64,000 bases of DNA from an uncultured Chloroflexia bacterium (GCA_963713975.1 OY970218.1:1696001-1760000), one strand, 5' to 3'. Shown: positions 32,601-41,509, counted from the first letter of the stretch. The notes: generated by a model from the letters alone, not told the origin. Made by a program: numbers and translations.

Positions 32601-33449
32601 GCCACCGCGAGCCGACGGCGCCACGGAGCCGACCGTCACCGAGCCGGGCTGCTGGTCCTTGGGCACGATCTGCGGTGGCGGCACGGTGGCCTGCCCGCCC
32701 GTTCCCCCCAGGCCGACGTCGCCATTGGCGGCGTACTGGGGGAGCGTCGTGGCGGCCCCAGGGTAGTCGGGGTGAACGGCGATCTGATCTCCGACGCGGT
32801 ACGCCTGCGGGATGCCGCCCGTGCCCTTGTCGAGGACGTAGATCTCGTTGTGCCAGGTCGCGGTCGGGCTGCGGATCACGCTGCCCGGATTGCTCTCGAA
32901 CGCTGCCGCCACGTCGGTGTCGGTCACCGGAACGGCCTTGCCCCGTAGGGGGGCGTTCCGGGCGAGCGGTGGAGGCGGGCTCCCCGTTCCCGGGACCGTG
33001 GATGCAAGGGCATCGGGCGTGGCGACGGTGGGCGCGGGACCCGAAGTGGCCGGCGCCTGCCCTGCAAGCGTGTCGCCAAAGGCCGCCGCCGACCGGTCCT
33101 TCGGGCGCTCGTCTGGGGCCCGCTGCACGGCTCCCGAGATCGGCGCGGACGCTCGGGGCCGCGGCGCCATGCCGGGATGACCCGATCCCGGTCGCCGCGT
33201 GCCGTTTCGCGTCAACACTGGCATTGGCCAGTCGATCGAGCGACCCGGCTCATCGCCGGCAGCCAGGATGAGGCTCGCCACCGCCCGATTCCCGGCTGTG
33301 CGCTGGAGATCCAGGGCTGCCTGGAGCTCAGGAGAGCCTGAACTGTCGGCGGCCGCTGCGGTGTGGGTCGCGCGCAACCCGACCCCGCCCTGGGCCGTGT
33401 CCGGTTTCGAGCCCTGCGATCGCGCAGGGGGGGACGCTCGGTCGCGCAC
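29676..33449 (-). CDS. Large hypothetical protein with eCIS-cargo-like N-terminus and internal repeat
   Basis: 1257-aa ORF; LDLQRTAGNRAV and VQR motifs; duplicated ~70-aa unit; G/S/T-rich middle; helical C-terminus. Confidence 0.7.
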   Translation of the reverse strand: MRDRASPPARSQGSKPDTAQGGVGLRATHTAAAADSSGSPELQAALDLQRTAGNRAVASLILAAGDEPGRSIDWPMPVLTRNGTRRPGSGHPGMAPRPRASAPISGAVQRAPDERPKDRSAAAFGDTLAGQAPATSGPAPTVATPDALASTVPGTGSPPPPLARNAPLRGKAVPVTDTDVAAAFESNPGSVIRSPTATWHNEIYVLDKGTGGIPQAYRVGDQIAVHPDYPGAATTLPQYAANGDVGLGGTGGQATVPPPQIVPKDQQPGSVTVGSVAPSARGGGGRGGPRVGRPERWDTATPVTDTEVEAAFRAGPGSVIRSPSHEWHEEMYDLDEGTGDTYPKAFRVGNQIAVSPDYAGPATDLPNYSADGNAGRAPGAGQGAADGSPAKAVGLPGTGYGESSAGRSYASTVTQKGDQTMTRDRKRELGMVTTGEETTDGELTHRRERVAGAGFGVGGNVVGAQYGRSEATAIGDTLGVTDSRNVTGGITGEGKLQVGGERKREVLHGTRPDGTPIKTSSSTTGSLTVDAHSIGGEVGKSYTTRSGREVTGSAAFSADDKGNSSASLTGGVKTKGGYGASVTVGGGHSVTAEDPEEVAPGVWEVRFVVADTSSVGGGVSGQAGGVGFGASGSVTDADNRTGSRRFASEAEAKAFKEHAAQQIAKDGSLGFFPVTTIPGALAIPIGESRGIGSSRTKSGSVSGTFGATISKSGQTTSAHELSVFRAATSTVHVTYTITASEGSDWGISGGLTNQKGSSEGSLLAVTYSFDLASKEGANAFQQFVAFPLPPATGSRRVSIRTLNTQEDHDRYSTLGGSSDWTGTTWQDRVEDDGGTHEQYGGKQSRDQDPGRLWKFLGDKELHSNAQIVRSQKNDKEAAARAVFSISGESGSFNRDEFRKIFQDSGGGDARASGQWTLSAPVPMAAIRELEAVSPPLRAARTLDEKMTVYAELVKQNGAQMLGGQVGISGKAWDLELKGDENFPGPSGRQRLRDRRKALGEALTARPPRADDVIRETGEALGRLQQRRAAVADRERYTDLPDGLRNQQLALIDRHVEEFQGVRRNAQAIAMRSQPEGATGGTGANGAVASQKADRESAKLQGRIHAAEVSTGALRAEIRASSRGLGDAIGSKGSTALKVGVDSQVAQVQIALAKSWIRQATAADKSQAALDPRIAELREAWTAADQRAARVAALTSLAQVLEERVRLMRQTIAAIREAGKAVFPVTTRTAMSSNPEFWQSLGMAEAEEEAAGTTSMRL

Positions 33450-33610
33450 GATGGGACCGTCACACGGCGGCCGCCCATCGCGCAGCGCCTATGGGACAGA
33501 CGCAGGTGCAGCAGCGATTGCCCGAACGGGATCACGCGATTGCCCGATCGGGCAGCCGACCGCTGGAGACCGGCGCCGGGCCGCGCTGAGGGCTCCGCAT
33601 GCGCTCGCAT

Positions 33611-33735
33611 GACAAGGGCTACTGGCGCAACACGCGACGAGACCCCGTCCGATGGCCGGGGTCCCAAGCGACCGGCTGATCAGATGTGTCGCCTATGTCG
33701 CGACTCATGTGTCGCCTATGTCGCGACTCAGGACG
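33611..33735 (+). mobile_element. Right-end remnant of IS481/IS1202-like element
   Basis: Encodes DKGYWRNTRRDP.RWPGSQATG* plus two 23-bp end repeats, matching the right end of the intact IS (ending 60928). Confidence 0.9.
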
Positions 33736-33736
33736 A

Positions 33737-33775
33737 TGGCGCGCCCGGAGGGATTCGGACGCGCGAGAACAACAC
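33737..33775 (-). repeat. att junction: tRNA-Arg 3' fragment plus attP-like arm
   Basis: TGGCGCGCCCGGAGGGATTCG is identical to tRNA 60930-60950, followed by GACGCGCGAGAACAACAC. Confidence 0.9.
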
Positions 33776-33815
33776 GGTCCAGGTGCCTGGTAACCAGCAG
33801 TCCCGAGGGTCGAGG

Positions 33816-34691
33816 TCAGGCGTCCGACGGCGCGCAAGCGCGGATGAGACCGGCGGCCGCGTCGGGCTGGTAGTAGACGAGGTGACCGACGCCGTCGACG
33901 GCGATTGCACTGGCGCCTCGAACGGCGGCGAGGTGGCTCGCAATCCGGCGGAACACCGGCATCGATTCGGTGCCATGCAGGAACCGGATGTCGGCCGCCG
34001 CTCGCGCCAGCTGACCCTCATCGACCACCTCGTGCGTGAGGATGAGGAGGTCGTCACGCACGAGCGCCTCGGCGTTCATCTCCTCTCTGGCGGCGTACCA
34101 GTCCTTGCCCGCCGGAGGGACGACGACCTGATCGCCTCCCGGTACCGACGCCACGGCGCGCCTGAAGCCGGCAAGGGCTGCCAGCCAGTCGCCCGGGCGT
34201 AGCGCGAGCTGCTCGTCGATGGCCCGGCGGACCGGCTCCTGGATCGCCGCGCCGTCCGGGACATGTCCGAAGAGCCCGGGCTCGAACACGAGCGCCCTCC
34301 GGACGAGTCCTGGGTGGCGGAGCGCGAACTGCAGCGCGACGATGCCGGCCGAGCTGGCGCCGAAGACGACGACGTCGTTGAGCGCGAGGGCGTAGAGCAG
34401 GGCCGCCGCGTCATCGGCATGCTGTGCCGCGCCGTCGCCCGGCCAGCCGTCGCGGCCGCTCCGCAGGGTTCCGCGCCGATCGTAGGTCACGACCGTGAAG
34501 TCAGGCAGGCGCTCGGCGATCGGCCGCCACACCTCGGCATCCTCGCCGCCACCGTGGATCAGGAGCACTGCGGGCCCGGCCCCGCGGACCTCGACATGCA
34601 GCGTCGTGCCGTGCACGCGGCGCACGCTGATGCGAGGGGGGAGGGCGCCCGACAGGGCATCGGGGTTCCCGTTCAGTCGAGGCTGGGACAT
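33816..34691 (-). CDS. Alpha/beta hydrolase
   Basis: LLIHGG, YDRRG, GASSAG, GVGH. Confidence 0.88.
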   Translation of the reverse strand: MSQPRLNGNPDALSGALPPRISVRRVHGTTLHVEVRGAGPAVLLIHGGGEDAEVWRPIAERLPDFTVVTYDRRGTLRSGRDGWPGDGAAQHADDAAALLYALALNDVVVFGASSAGIVALQFALRHPGLVRRALVFEPGLFGHVPDGAAIQEPVRRAIDEQLALRPGDWLAALAGFRRAVASVPGGDQVVVPPAGKDWYAAREEMNAEALVRDDLLILTHEVVDEGQLARAAADIRFLHGTESMPVFRRIASHLAAVRGASAIAVDGVGHLVYYQPDAAAGLIRACAPSDA

Positions 34692-34910
34692 CGTGGCTTG
34701 CACCCCGCAAGGACGCGCGTCCGGATTGGGCCTAGCGCTCGGACTCGATGAGCTCCGTGATTCGGCGGATGCTGTTCTCGAGCGGCATCGGGTCCAGCGG
34801 GCTGGGCGCGCCGGGGATGTCCACGCTGATGGGGAGCCTGCTGCTGCCATCGCCCGCCGGCTCGATCGACTGCCGTCCGCGCATCCATTTCTGCGGTTCG
34901 CTTGACCGTG

Positions 34911-34957
34911 TTGTTGTTCTGGCGCGCCCGGAGGGATTCGGACGCGCGCCAACAGCC
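34911..34957 (-). repeat. att junction with attP-like arms on both sides
   Basis: TTGTTGTTCTGGCGCGCCCG-GAG-GG-ATT-CGGACGCGCGCCAACAGCC. Confidence 0.88.
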
Positions 34958-34986
34958 TTTCGAGTGCCGATCGAGGGCCGCGATGA

Positions 34987-35253
34987 GTGGCTGGCCGCGG
35001 CGCGGCGGCTGGCGTGAGAGCACGCCGACCCTCGGGACGCGCGACAGACCGTGAGGTCGGCGTGGTCGCCGCGGTCCTGGTGGCCGGGTCGGAGAAGGCC
35101 GCCGCCCATCCCCTCGGCCTGTCGCACTCGACGGTGAAGCACCACCTGGCGAACGCGCGATCGAAGGTCGGCGCGGCGACGACAGCGCAGCTCGTGTGGA
35201 TCTTGGCTCCGCGCCTGTCGGGGCCGGACGGCATACCCCGAACGGACGAATAG
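34987..35253 (+). CDS. Small stand-alone LuxR-type HTH protein
   Basis: TDRE..SEKAAAHPLGLSHSTVKHHLANARSKVG..TTAQL; start uncertain. Confidence 0.65.
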   Translation: MAGRGAAAGVRARRPSGRATDREVGVVAAVLVAGSEKAAAHPLGLSHSTVKHHLANARSKVGAATTAQLVWILAPRLSGPDGIPRTDE

Positions 35254-35298
35254 CGGTCGGCCGTGCGCCTCTCGCCCCGACCATCCGGACGGACAGCC

Positions 35299-35937
35299 TC
35301 ATCTGGACCGCGCCTTGAGCAACCCTCGCTCGTAGGCCACGGCGACCGCTGCGGCGCGGTCGCTGACGTCGAGCTTCGCATAGATGTGGAGCAGATGCGT
35401 CTTGACCGTCGCCTCCGAGATGAAGAGGCGGGCCGCCGCGCCGCGATTGGTTTCGCCCTGTGCGACCTGGGTCAGGACCTCGAGCTCCCGTTCGCTCAAC
35501 GTGTCCTGGGCGGGCGCTCGGAGCTGGGTGACGAGTCGCGTCGCCACCGATGGCGCGAGGACGGCCTCGCCGCGGGCCGCCGCATGGATCGCCCGGACGA
35601 GCTCCTCGCGCGGCGTGTCCTTGAGTAGGTAACCCGTCGCGCCGGCCTCGAGCGCTGGCACCACGTCGATGTCCGTGTCGTAGGTTGTGAGGACGAGCAC
35701 CCTCGCCTGAACGTTCCGCTCCGCCAGTGCCCGGATGGCCGCCGCACCGCCGAGGCCGGGCATGCGGAGGTCCATGAGGATCACATCGGGCTGGTTTGAC
35801 TCCGCCATCGCCAGAGCTTCCACGCCGTCCGACGCCTCACCCACGACCTCGAGATCCGGATCGTTGGCGAGCATCCCACGGAGGCCGTCCCGTACGACCG
35901 GATGGTCATCGACAATGAGCAGCCGGATCGAGCTCAC
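35299..35937 (-). CDS. NarL/FixJ-family response regulator
   Basis: IVDDH, DLRMP, GYLLKD, LuxR HTH. Confidence 0.95.
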   Translation of the reverse strand: MSSIRLLIVDDHPVVRDGLRGMLANDPDLEVVGEASDGVEALAMAESNQPDVILMDLRMPGLGGAAAIRALAERNVQARVLVLTTYDTDIDVVPALEAGATGYLLKDTPREELVRAIHAAARGEAVLAPSVATRLVTQLRAPAQDTLSERELEVLTQVAQGETNRGAAARLFISEATVKTHLLHIYAKLDVSDRAAAVAVAYERGLLKARSR

Positions 35938-37175
35938 GTCGCGCTGGCCGATGAGCCCGCGGCGATCGCGGGGACGCGCGCGGAGACCGCCGTCCCGGCG
36001 CCAGGCTCCGATTCGATGGCTAGCGAGCCGGCGACTCTGGCAGCCCGCTGACGCATCCCGCTGAGGCCGAACCTTGATCCGTCCGCGGCCGCACGTTCGG
36101 GGATGGTGAACCCGACACCGTCGTCGCGGACGTCGAGGGTGACGACATCCCCCATGAACGACACCGTCAGCCAGGCCCGGGTGGCACCAGCGTGCTTCGC
36201 GACGTTGGCCAGGGCCTCCTGGGCGATCCGCAGGAGGGTAACCTCGATGTCCGGATGGAGGGCGATGACCTCGCCGGTCACCGTCACGTCGACCGGGATG
36301 GCGTTGATCTCGGACCACTCGCGCGCGACATTGGTCAGCGCCTCGGGCAATGTCCCGGATTCCAGCGCCTCGGGCACGGATGCCTCGAGCGAGCGGCGGG
36401 CCTCGGTCAGGCTCTCGCGGGCCAGCCGCTGGGCAGTCTCGAGGTGGCGATCCCGATCGGCCAGTCGGTCACGCGACTGATCGGCCGCCTGGAGCTGGGT
36501 GATGATCCCGGTCAGGCCCTGGGCGATGGTGTCGTGGATCTCACGGGCCATCCGCTGCCGCTCGTCGAGCACGCCGGCCTCGCGCGCCTGAGTCAGCAGC
36601 TGGGCATGCAGACCGGCGTTCTCCACCATCGCCGCCTCGAGCCGAGCGAGCGCCTGTCGGCGCTCCTCGGTCTGCTCGGCCACCCTCTCGCTGACGATGA
36701 CGCCGCCACCGAGCACGATCGTCTGGATGACGATGATCGCGAGGTAGAACGTCCACCCCTCGGGCGTGATCGGGAGGCCGAAGATGAGGGTGTTCACGAG
36801 GATCGATGTCGCGCCGACACCGACGACCGCGAGCGGGATCGGCCGCAGGATCGAGGCGTAGAAGAAGCCGCTGATCATGAAGATGAAGAACACCGGCTGC
36901 CGGAGCATCAGGATCGACGCGAAGACGAGCACCCCGACGAAGAACAGGTCGATCCGGAGCCGCGGATCCCGCCGGGGCGGCGGCAGCCGGCTGTACAGGA
37001 CGTAGATCCAGCCGGCAGCCGCGGCCGCGATCGCTAGGGTCGTCACTCTCCAGGCCGGATCCGGGTCGCTGCCGATCAGGGCGAGGACGGTCGCAAGCGC
37101 GAGGAACGCGTAGCCGCATCGGGCCACCAGGGCGTCTTCCAAGCGCTCCCAGGCCGGCTTCGTGGATTTGTTCAT
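35934..37175 (-). CDS. HisKA_3 sensor histidine kinase
   Basis: ERQRMAREIHDT, QEALANVAKH, DDGVGF. Confidence 0.95.
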   Translation of the reverse strand: MNKSTKPAWERLEDALVARCGYAFLALATVLALIGSDPDPAWRVTTLAIAAAAAGWIYVLYSRLPPPRRDPRLRIDLFFVGVLVFASILMLRQPVFFIFMISGFFYASILRPIPLAVVGVGATSILVNTLIFGLPITPEGWTFYLAIIVIQTIVLGGGVIVSERVAEQTEERRQALARLEAAMVENAGLHAQLLTQAREAGVLDERQRMAREIHDTIAQGLTGIITQLQAADQSRDRLADRDRHLETAQRLARESLTEARRSLEASVPEALESGTLPEALTNVAREWSEINAIPVDVTVTGEVIALHPDIEVTLLRIAQEALANVAKHAGATRAWLTVSFMGDVVTLDVRDDGVGFTIPERAAADGSRFGLSGMRQRAARVAGSLAIESEPGAGTAVSARVPAIAAGSSASAT

Positions 37176-37224
37176 CCCGGAACGCTACCCCAGACCATCG
37201 GCGGCCGGATCGGCGGCGTGGCCG

Positions 37225-37959
37225 TCACTCCCATCGAAAGACGCGGACGGCGAGCGCGCCGAGCACGACGCTGATGATCGCCATGCCGACGAGCGGCCCC
37301 AGTTGTGGCGCCGTTCCCAGCCATGCGTCCTGGAGACCCTGCACGCCTGGAGGCGTGAACTCGCCGATCCGGACCAGGATGTCGGGCAGGAATACTCGTG
37401 GCAGGTAGACACCACCCAGGAACATCACGACGAAGAACAGCGGGATGGTCAGCGCCGTCGCCGTGCGGTTCGACGGCACGACCGCCGCGATGAGGAGCCC
37501 GATCGCGAACAGCGACGTCGTCCCGAGCAGGAACGCGGCGATGTAGCCGATGGGGTGCCCCGGCAGCGGGACGTCGAAGCCGACGCGGGCGACGACGACG
37601 AGCAGCAGCAGGGAGATGACCGCGGTGACCAGATAGATGACGAGCTGCGCCCCCAGCAGCCGGAGCGGGTGGGCTGGCGTTGTCGAGAGCCTGCGCAGGA
37701 CCCCCTTCTCGCGATACGTTGCCAGGCGGATCGGCAAGGTCTGGATGCCGAGCGTCCCCACGGAGATGACGACCAGCGACGGCACGAACACGTCGATGAA
37801 GCGCAGGCCACCGAGTGCGGGATCGGGCTCGGCCGGCCCGAAGATGGAACCGAAGATCAGCAGGATGACCGTCGGCAGAGCGATCGCCGCGAGCCACGAG
37901 ATGGGATCGCGGAACAGCAGCTTCGCCTCGGTCACGAAGAGCGACCGGAACTCGTTCAT
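37225..37959 (-). CDS. ABC-2 type permease
   Basis: YREKGVLRRL, ends FRWE. Confidence 0.9.
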   Translation of the reverse strand: MNEFRSLFVTEAKLLFRDPISWLAAIALPTVILLIFGSIFGPAEPDPALGGLRFIDVFVPSLVVISVGTLGIQTLPIRLATYREKGVLRRLSTTPAHPLRLLGAQLVIYLVTAVISLLLLVVVARVGFDVPLPGHPIGYIAAFLLGTTSLFAIGLLIAAVVPSNRTATALTIPLFFVVMFLGGVYLPRVFLPDILVRIGEFTPPGVQGLQDAWLGTAPQLGPLVGMAIISVVLGALAVRVFRWE

Positions 37960-38882
37960 GACACCTCCTTCGCGGTGCGCGCTGACAGGCGGCCCGCGAG
38001 GGCGAGGAACGCGTCGTCGAGATTCGGCTGTTCGATCCTGAGGTCGTTGGCCACGATCCGGTGCCGGGCCAGGACCGATGTGACGGCCCCGATGAGGTTG
38101 CCGGTGCCGGTCACGACGACGACCGGGCCCGTCCGCTCGACGCTCCGAACCTCCGAAAGGTCAGTGAGCAATCGGTCGGCGATCGGCGCCGACGGTCGGA
38201 ACCGCAGCCGCTGCTCCGGGCTGACCATGGAGACGATGCCAGCCGGCGTATTGAGCGCGATCAGCCGGCCATCGCCGAAGACCGCGACGCGATCTGCAAG
38301 GCGCTCCGCTTCTTCCATCAGGTGGGTCACGAGGAGGACGGTGACGCCGCGGTCGCGGATCGACTCGATGAGCTGCCAGGTCTCGCGGCGAGCCTGCGGA
38401 TCCAGCCCGGTCGACAGCTCGTCCAGGATGGCGATCCTCGGCCGGCCGACGAGGGCGAGGGCGATCGACAGGCGCTGCTTCTGGCCGCCGGACAGATCCC
38501 GATAGGCCGAATCGCGCTTGTCGCCGAGACCGAGTCGGTCGATCAGCTCGCGCCGATCGGCCGGCTCCGCGTAGAACGACGCAAAGAGGTCGAGGGCCTC
38601 GCTGACGGTCATGCGATCGGGCAGCTCGCTTTCCTGGAGCTGGACGCCGACGAGGGTCCGGAGCCGCTCGCGATCTCGCCAGGGATCGAGCCCGAGGACC
38701 GTGATCGTGCCGCTATCGGCCGTTCTGAGACCCGCGATCAACTCGATCGTGGTCGTCTTGCCGGCGCCGTTCGGTCCGAGGATGCCGAAGATCTCGCCCT
38801 CCGCGATGGAGAACGACACGTTGTCGACGGCCGCGCGGTCGCCGTAGTGCTTCCGGAGGTTGGAGACCTCGATGACATTCAT
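37956..38882 (-). CDS. ABC transporter ATP-binding protein
   Basis: GPNGAGKTT, LSGGQKQR; ATG 38882. Confidence 0.95.
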   Translation of the reverse strand: MNVIEVSNLRKHYGDRAAVDNVSFSIAEGEIFGILGPNGAGKTTTIELIAGLRTADSGTITVLGLDPWRDRERLRTLVGVQLQESELPDRMTVSEALDLFASFYAEPADRRELIDRLGLGDKRDSAYRDLSGGQKQRLSIALALVGRPRIAILDELSTGLDPQARRETWQLIESIRDRGVTVLLVTHLMEEAERLADRVAVFGDGRLIALNTPAGIVSMVSPEQRLRFRPSAPIADRLLTDLSEVRSVERTGPVVVVTGTGNLIGAVTSVLARHRIVANDLRIEQPNLDDAFLALAGRLSARTAKEVS

Positions 38883-38942
38883 GAGACAAGGCTCGCCGAC
38901 TGGACCCAGCGAGCGCATCGGCCGCTTGGCCACAACCGCGTT

Positions 38943-38979
38943 GTCGAACCGGTGGACGGGGAGTCCACCATTCGGTGGA
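38943..38979. promoter_or_regulatory. Putative NarL-type response regulator boxes
   Basis: TCCACC-N4-GGTGGA (38964-38979) plus a second GGTGGA half-site upstream of the ABC/TCS operon. Confidence 0.5.
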
Positions 38980-39175
38980 TGCGCGACCTCGAACGCGTTG
39001 CCGACCTCGTACGTCGTTGCGATGCGCTGGACGGCGCATTGCACGGGTCAAGCGCTGCCGCTTCAGCGAGCGGTGGGCAAGGCAGCGCAACCTCGGCCAC
39101 GACGCCCATGGCCGCGACGGGCGTGATCCAGGAGCGGACCGCGGGAGCACGGACGACGGTCTCGGTGGGTGGGGC

Positions 39176-39520
39176 CTACCTTGGCCCGAGGGTCTCTACA
39201 TAGGTCCAGCTCCGTACGAACCAGGGTCGGAACTCGTCCGGACGCTGCAGCAGGCTGACGGGCACGACCACGAACTCCTTCATCTGCCGGCCGTACTGCA
39301 TCGAGAGGCGGGACTCGTATCGCTCGATGAAACGCTCCCGATCGGCGGCATCGAGTCGGATAGCGACGTCGCCTTCCTTGTCGATGAAGCTCGTCATGTG
39401 TCCGTTCCGTGAGGTGTACGGGTTCCCGGCGCCTTTGCGCTCGACGCCGGGCACGGAGGCGACGATTGCCTCGTACAGGACGAGGCGATCGGCGGGTCCC
39501 TGGTACGTGGCTCTGGCCAC
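39176..39520 (-). CDS. TfoX-N-like hypothetical protein
   Basis: PYTSRNGHM.SF, YGRQMKEFVVVP, W...SW.YV. Confidence 0.6.
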   Translation of the reverse strand: MARATYQGPADRLVLYEAIVASVPGVERKGAGNPYTSRNGHMTSFIDKEGDVAIRLDAADRERFIERYESRLSMQYGRQMKEFVVVPVSLLQRPDEFRPWFVRSWTYVETLGPR

Positions 39521-39617
39521 TGTCCTCTCCCCGTCCTCCTCGATCCCAAGCATGGCTTGATAATCGTAACGTGACCGTCGGATCGCCAACTACCGACGAC
39601 CGGGGGACCGCGGATGA

Positions 39618-39655
39618 ATGTCGCGACCCTGTCGCCGATGTCGTGACTCAAGACA
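39618..39655 (+). mobile_element. Isolated terminal remnant of a related IS
   Basis: ATGTCGCGAC..TGTCGCCGATGTCGTGACTCAAGACA resembles the IS end ATGTCGCGACTCATGACA; abuts a tRNA fragment. Confidence 0.75.
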
Positions 39656-39656
39656 T

Positions 39657-39684
39657 TGGCGCGCCCGGAGGGAAGTGAGCGCGC
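39657..39684 (-). repeat. att junction: tRNA-Arg 3' fragment plus degenerate arm
   Basis: TGGCGCGCCCGGAGGGA then AGTGAGCGCGC. Confidence 0.82.
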
Positions 39685-39820
39685 TTTGCCAACCTTCGTG
39701 GTTGAGGGCGTCGAGCGCCTCGTCTCAGCCTTGCGAGCGGCGTGACTTCAGCAGCTGCTTCGCGATGACAACCCGGAGGTTGACGCACTGCCAGGCCCGC
39801 AGCGGGTCGCAATCGGTCCA

Positions 39821-39848
39821 TTGACAATGCATTGTAAATTGATATAGT
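39821..39848 (+). promoter_or_regulatory. sigma70 promoter with internal palindrome (PadR operator?)
   Basis: TTGACA, 16 bp, TGn-TATAGT; ACAATGCATTGT palindrome at 39824-39835; ATG 7 nt downstream. Confidence 0.75.
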
Positions 39849-39855
39849 GACGCGG

Positions 39856-40209
39856 ATGACGACGACCTCCCAGCCTCCGGCGCTTCCCCCGCTCTCCCGG
39901 GCCGCGATGCACGTCCTGCTCGCCATCGGGCCTGAGGAACGCCACGGCTACGCGATCATGGGGGAGGTCAGCCGAATCACCGGTGGCTCGATCCGCCTCG
40001 GACCCGGCGCGATCTACACGACGATCCGGCGCCTGCTCGATGACGGCCTGATCGAGGAGTCCGACGAGCGGCCCGAACCCGAGATGGATGACCAACGGCG
40101 GCGCTACTACCGGCTGACCGCGGTCGGGCGGTCGGTGGCGACGGCCGAGGTCCGTCGCCTCGACGCCCTCGTGCGGGCGGCCAGCCCGTGGGCCCTCGAG
40201 TCGGGCTGA
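39856..40209 (+). CDS. PadR-family transcriptional regulator
   Basis: HGYAIM, GPGAIYTTIRRL, RRRYYRLT..G. Confidence 0.92.
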   Translation: MTTTSQPPALPPLSRAAMHVLLAIGPEERHGYAIMGEVSRITGGSIRLGPGAIYTTIRRLLDDGLIEESDERPEPEMDDQRRRYYRLTAVGRSVATAEVRRLDALVRAASPWALESG

Positions 40210-41033
40210 TGGACCCGCTCGGCGCGTCCCACGAGCGCCTCTACCGCCGGCTCCTCCGCTGCTACCCGGCCACGTTCCGGGCGCGCTTCGGCGAGGAGAT
40301 GGTCCAGCTGTTTGGCGACCAGCTGCGGGATGCGCGAATGGCCCGGCATGGGACGGGCGCGACCGAGGTCTGGCTGCGGGCCATCGGCGACATCGTCGTC
40401 AGCGCAGCGTTCGAGCATGCACGCGGGGATCGGACGATCGGGCACTCGCTCTCGGTCGCGCCGTCCAGGTGGACCCGGCTCCTCGGGTTGGTGGGGATCG
40501 TGGGTGGGGCCTGGATCGTCGCGTGGCTCCTCCCGTTCATCCCGTGGGGTCCCGAGGGCGTGAACCTCAGGCTGATGGCGTTCAATCTCGGTGCGATCGC
40601 GATTGTCATCGCCCTCGCGCGGCGGCTGCCGTCGTCGGCACGTCTCGCCGCGGCGATCGCCTCCCTCGCGGTGCTCGCGAACGCCGCGTACCTGCTCATG
40701 GCCGTCCTGTCGCTCGGCAGACCCGTGCCACCGCAGCCGGATCCCGCCTTCCGGCTCACCTGGTTCTGGGTCGGCGTCGCAATGTGGTGGGCGGACGCGG
40801 CGTTCGGGTTCGTCGCGTTGCGGTTCGGCGGGATCGCCCGGCTGGGTGCCGCCGCGCTCGCCGTTGGGTCTGTCCTCGCATTCCTGGGCATGGACCGACT
40901 GGAGCTCGTCATCGGCCCGTACAAGGACCTCATCGTGCCGCTCGCGCTGCTCGGGATCACGCTCAACGGCGTCGGCTGGATCCTGCTCGGGCTCGACGTG
41001 GCCACCCGTCGGCGCCCGGTCCCGGCTTCGTAG
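40209..41033 (+). CDS. PadR-associated membrane protein
   Basis: LYRRLLRCYP..FR.RFGEEM N-terminus plus about 6 TM. Confidence 0.8.
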   Translation: MDPLGASHERLYRRLLRCYPATFRARFGEEMVQLFGDQLRDARMARHGTGATEVWLRAIGDIVVSAAFEHARGDRTIGHSLSVAPSRWTRLLGLVGIVGGAWIVAWLLPFIPWGPEGVNLRLMAFNLGAIAIVIALARRLPSSARLAAAIASLAVLANAAYLLMAVLSLGRPVPPQPDPAFRLTWFWVGVAMWWADAAFGFVALRFGGIARLGAAALAVGSVLAFLGMDRLELVIGPYKDLIVPLALLGITLNGVGWILLGLDVATRRRPVPAS

Positions 41034-41053
41034 ATGCCGCCGACGCGCAGTTT

Positions 41054-41507
41054 CGGTTCGAGGCCGCCGTCCCCAACGAGATATGGCAGTCCGACCTCAC
41101 CTACTGGCACCTCGCCGACGGCACCGGGGTTGAGATCATCAGCTGGCTCGACGACCACTCCCGCTACCTGCTCGCGGGCGCCGGGCGCGGCGCACCCGGC
41201 CACTTCCGCCTCCGCTACGACAGCGCTGACAAGAAGGGGGCGATCACCCTGCGCCGCGCCGGTCGCCTGCACCACCTCAAGATCGGGGCAGCCCACGCTC
41301 GCCGGCGCGTCCTCGCCATCGTCGACGAGCAGGAGGTCACGGTCGTCGCGCTCGACACGGGCGAGATCCTCTCGACCCACCGGATCGATCCCGCCAAGGG
41401 CTACTGGCGCAACCTACGACGAGACCCCGGCCGATGGCCGGGGTCTCCAGCGACTGACTGACTCACATGTCCCGACTCATGTGACTCATATGTCGCGACT
41501 CATGACA
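41054..41507 (+). pseudogene. Truncated, internally deleted IS481/IS1202-like transposase with right end
   Basis: RFEA..PN..WQSD..WLDDHSR joined directly to GHFRLRYD; ends CATGACA at 41507. Confidence 0.9.
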
Positions 41508-41509
41508 AA

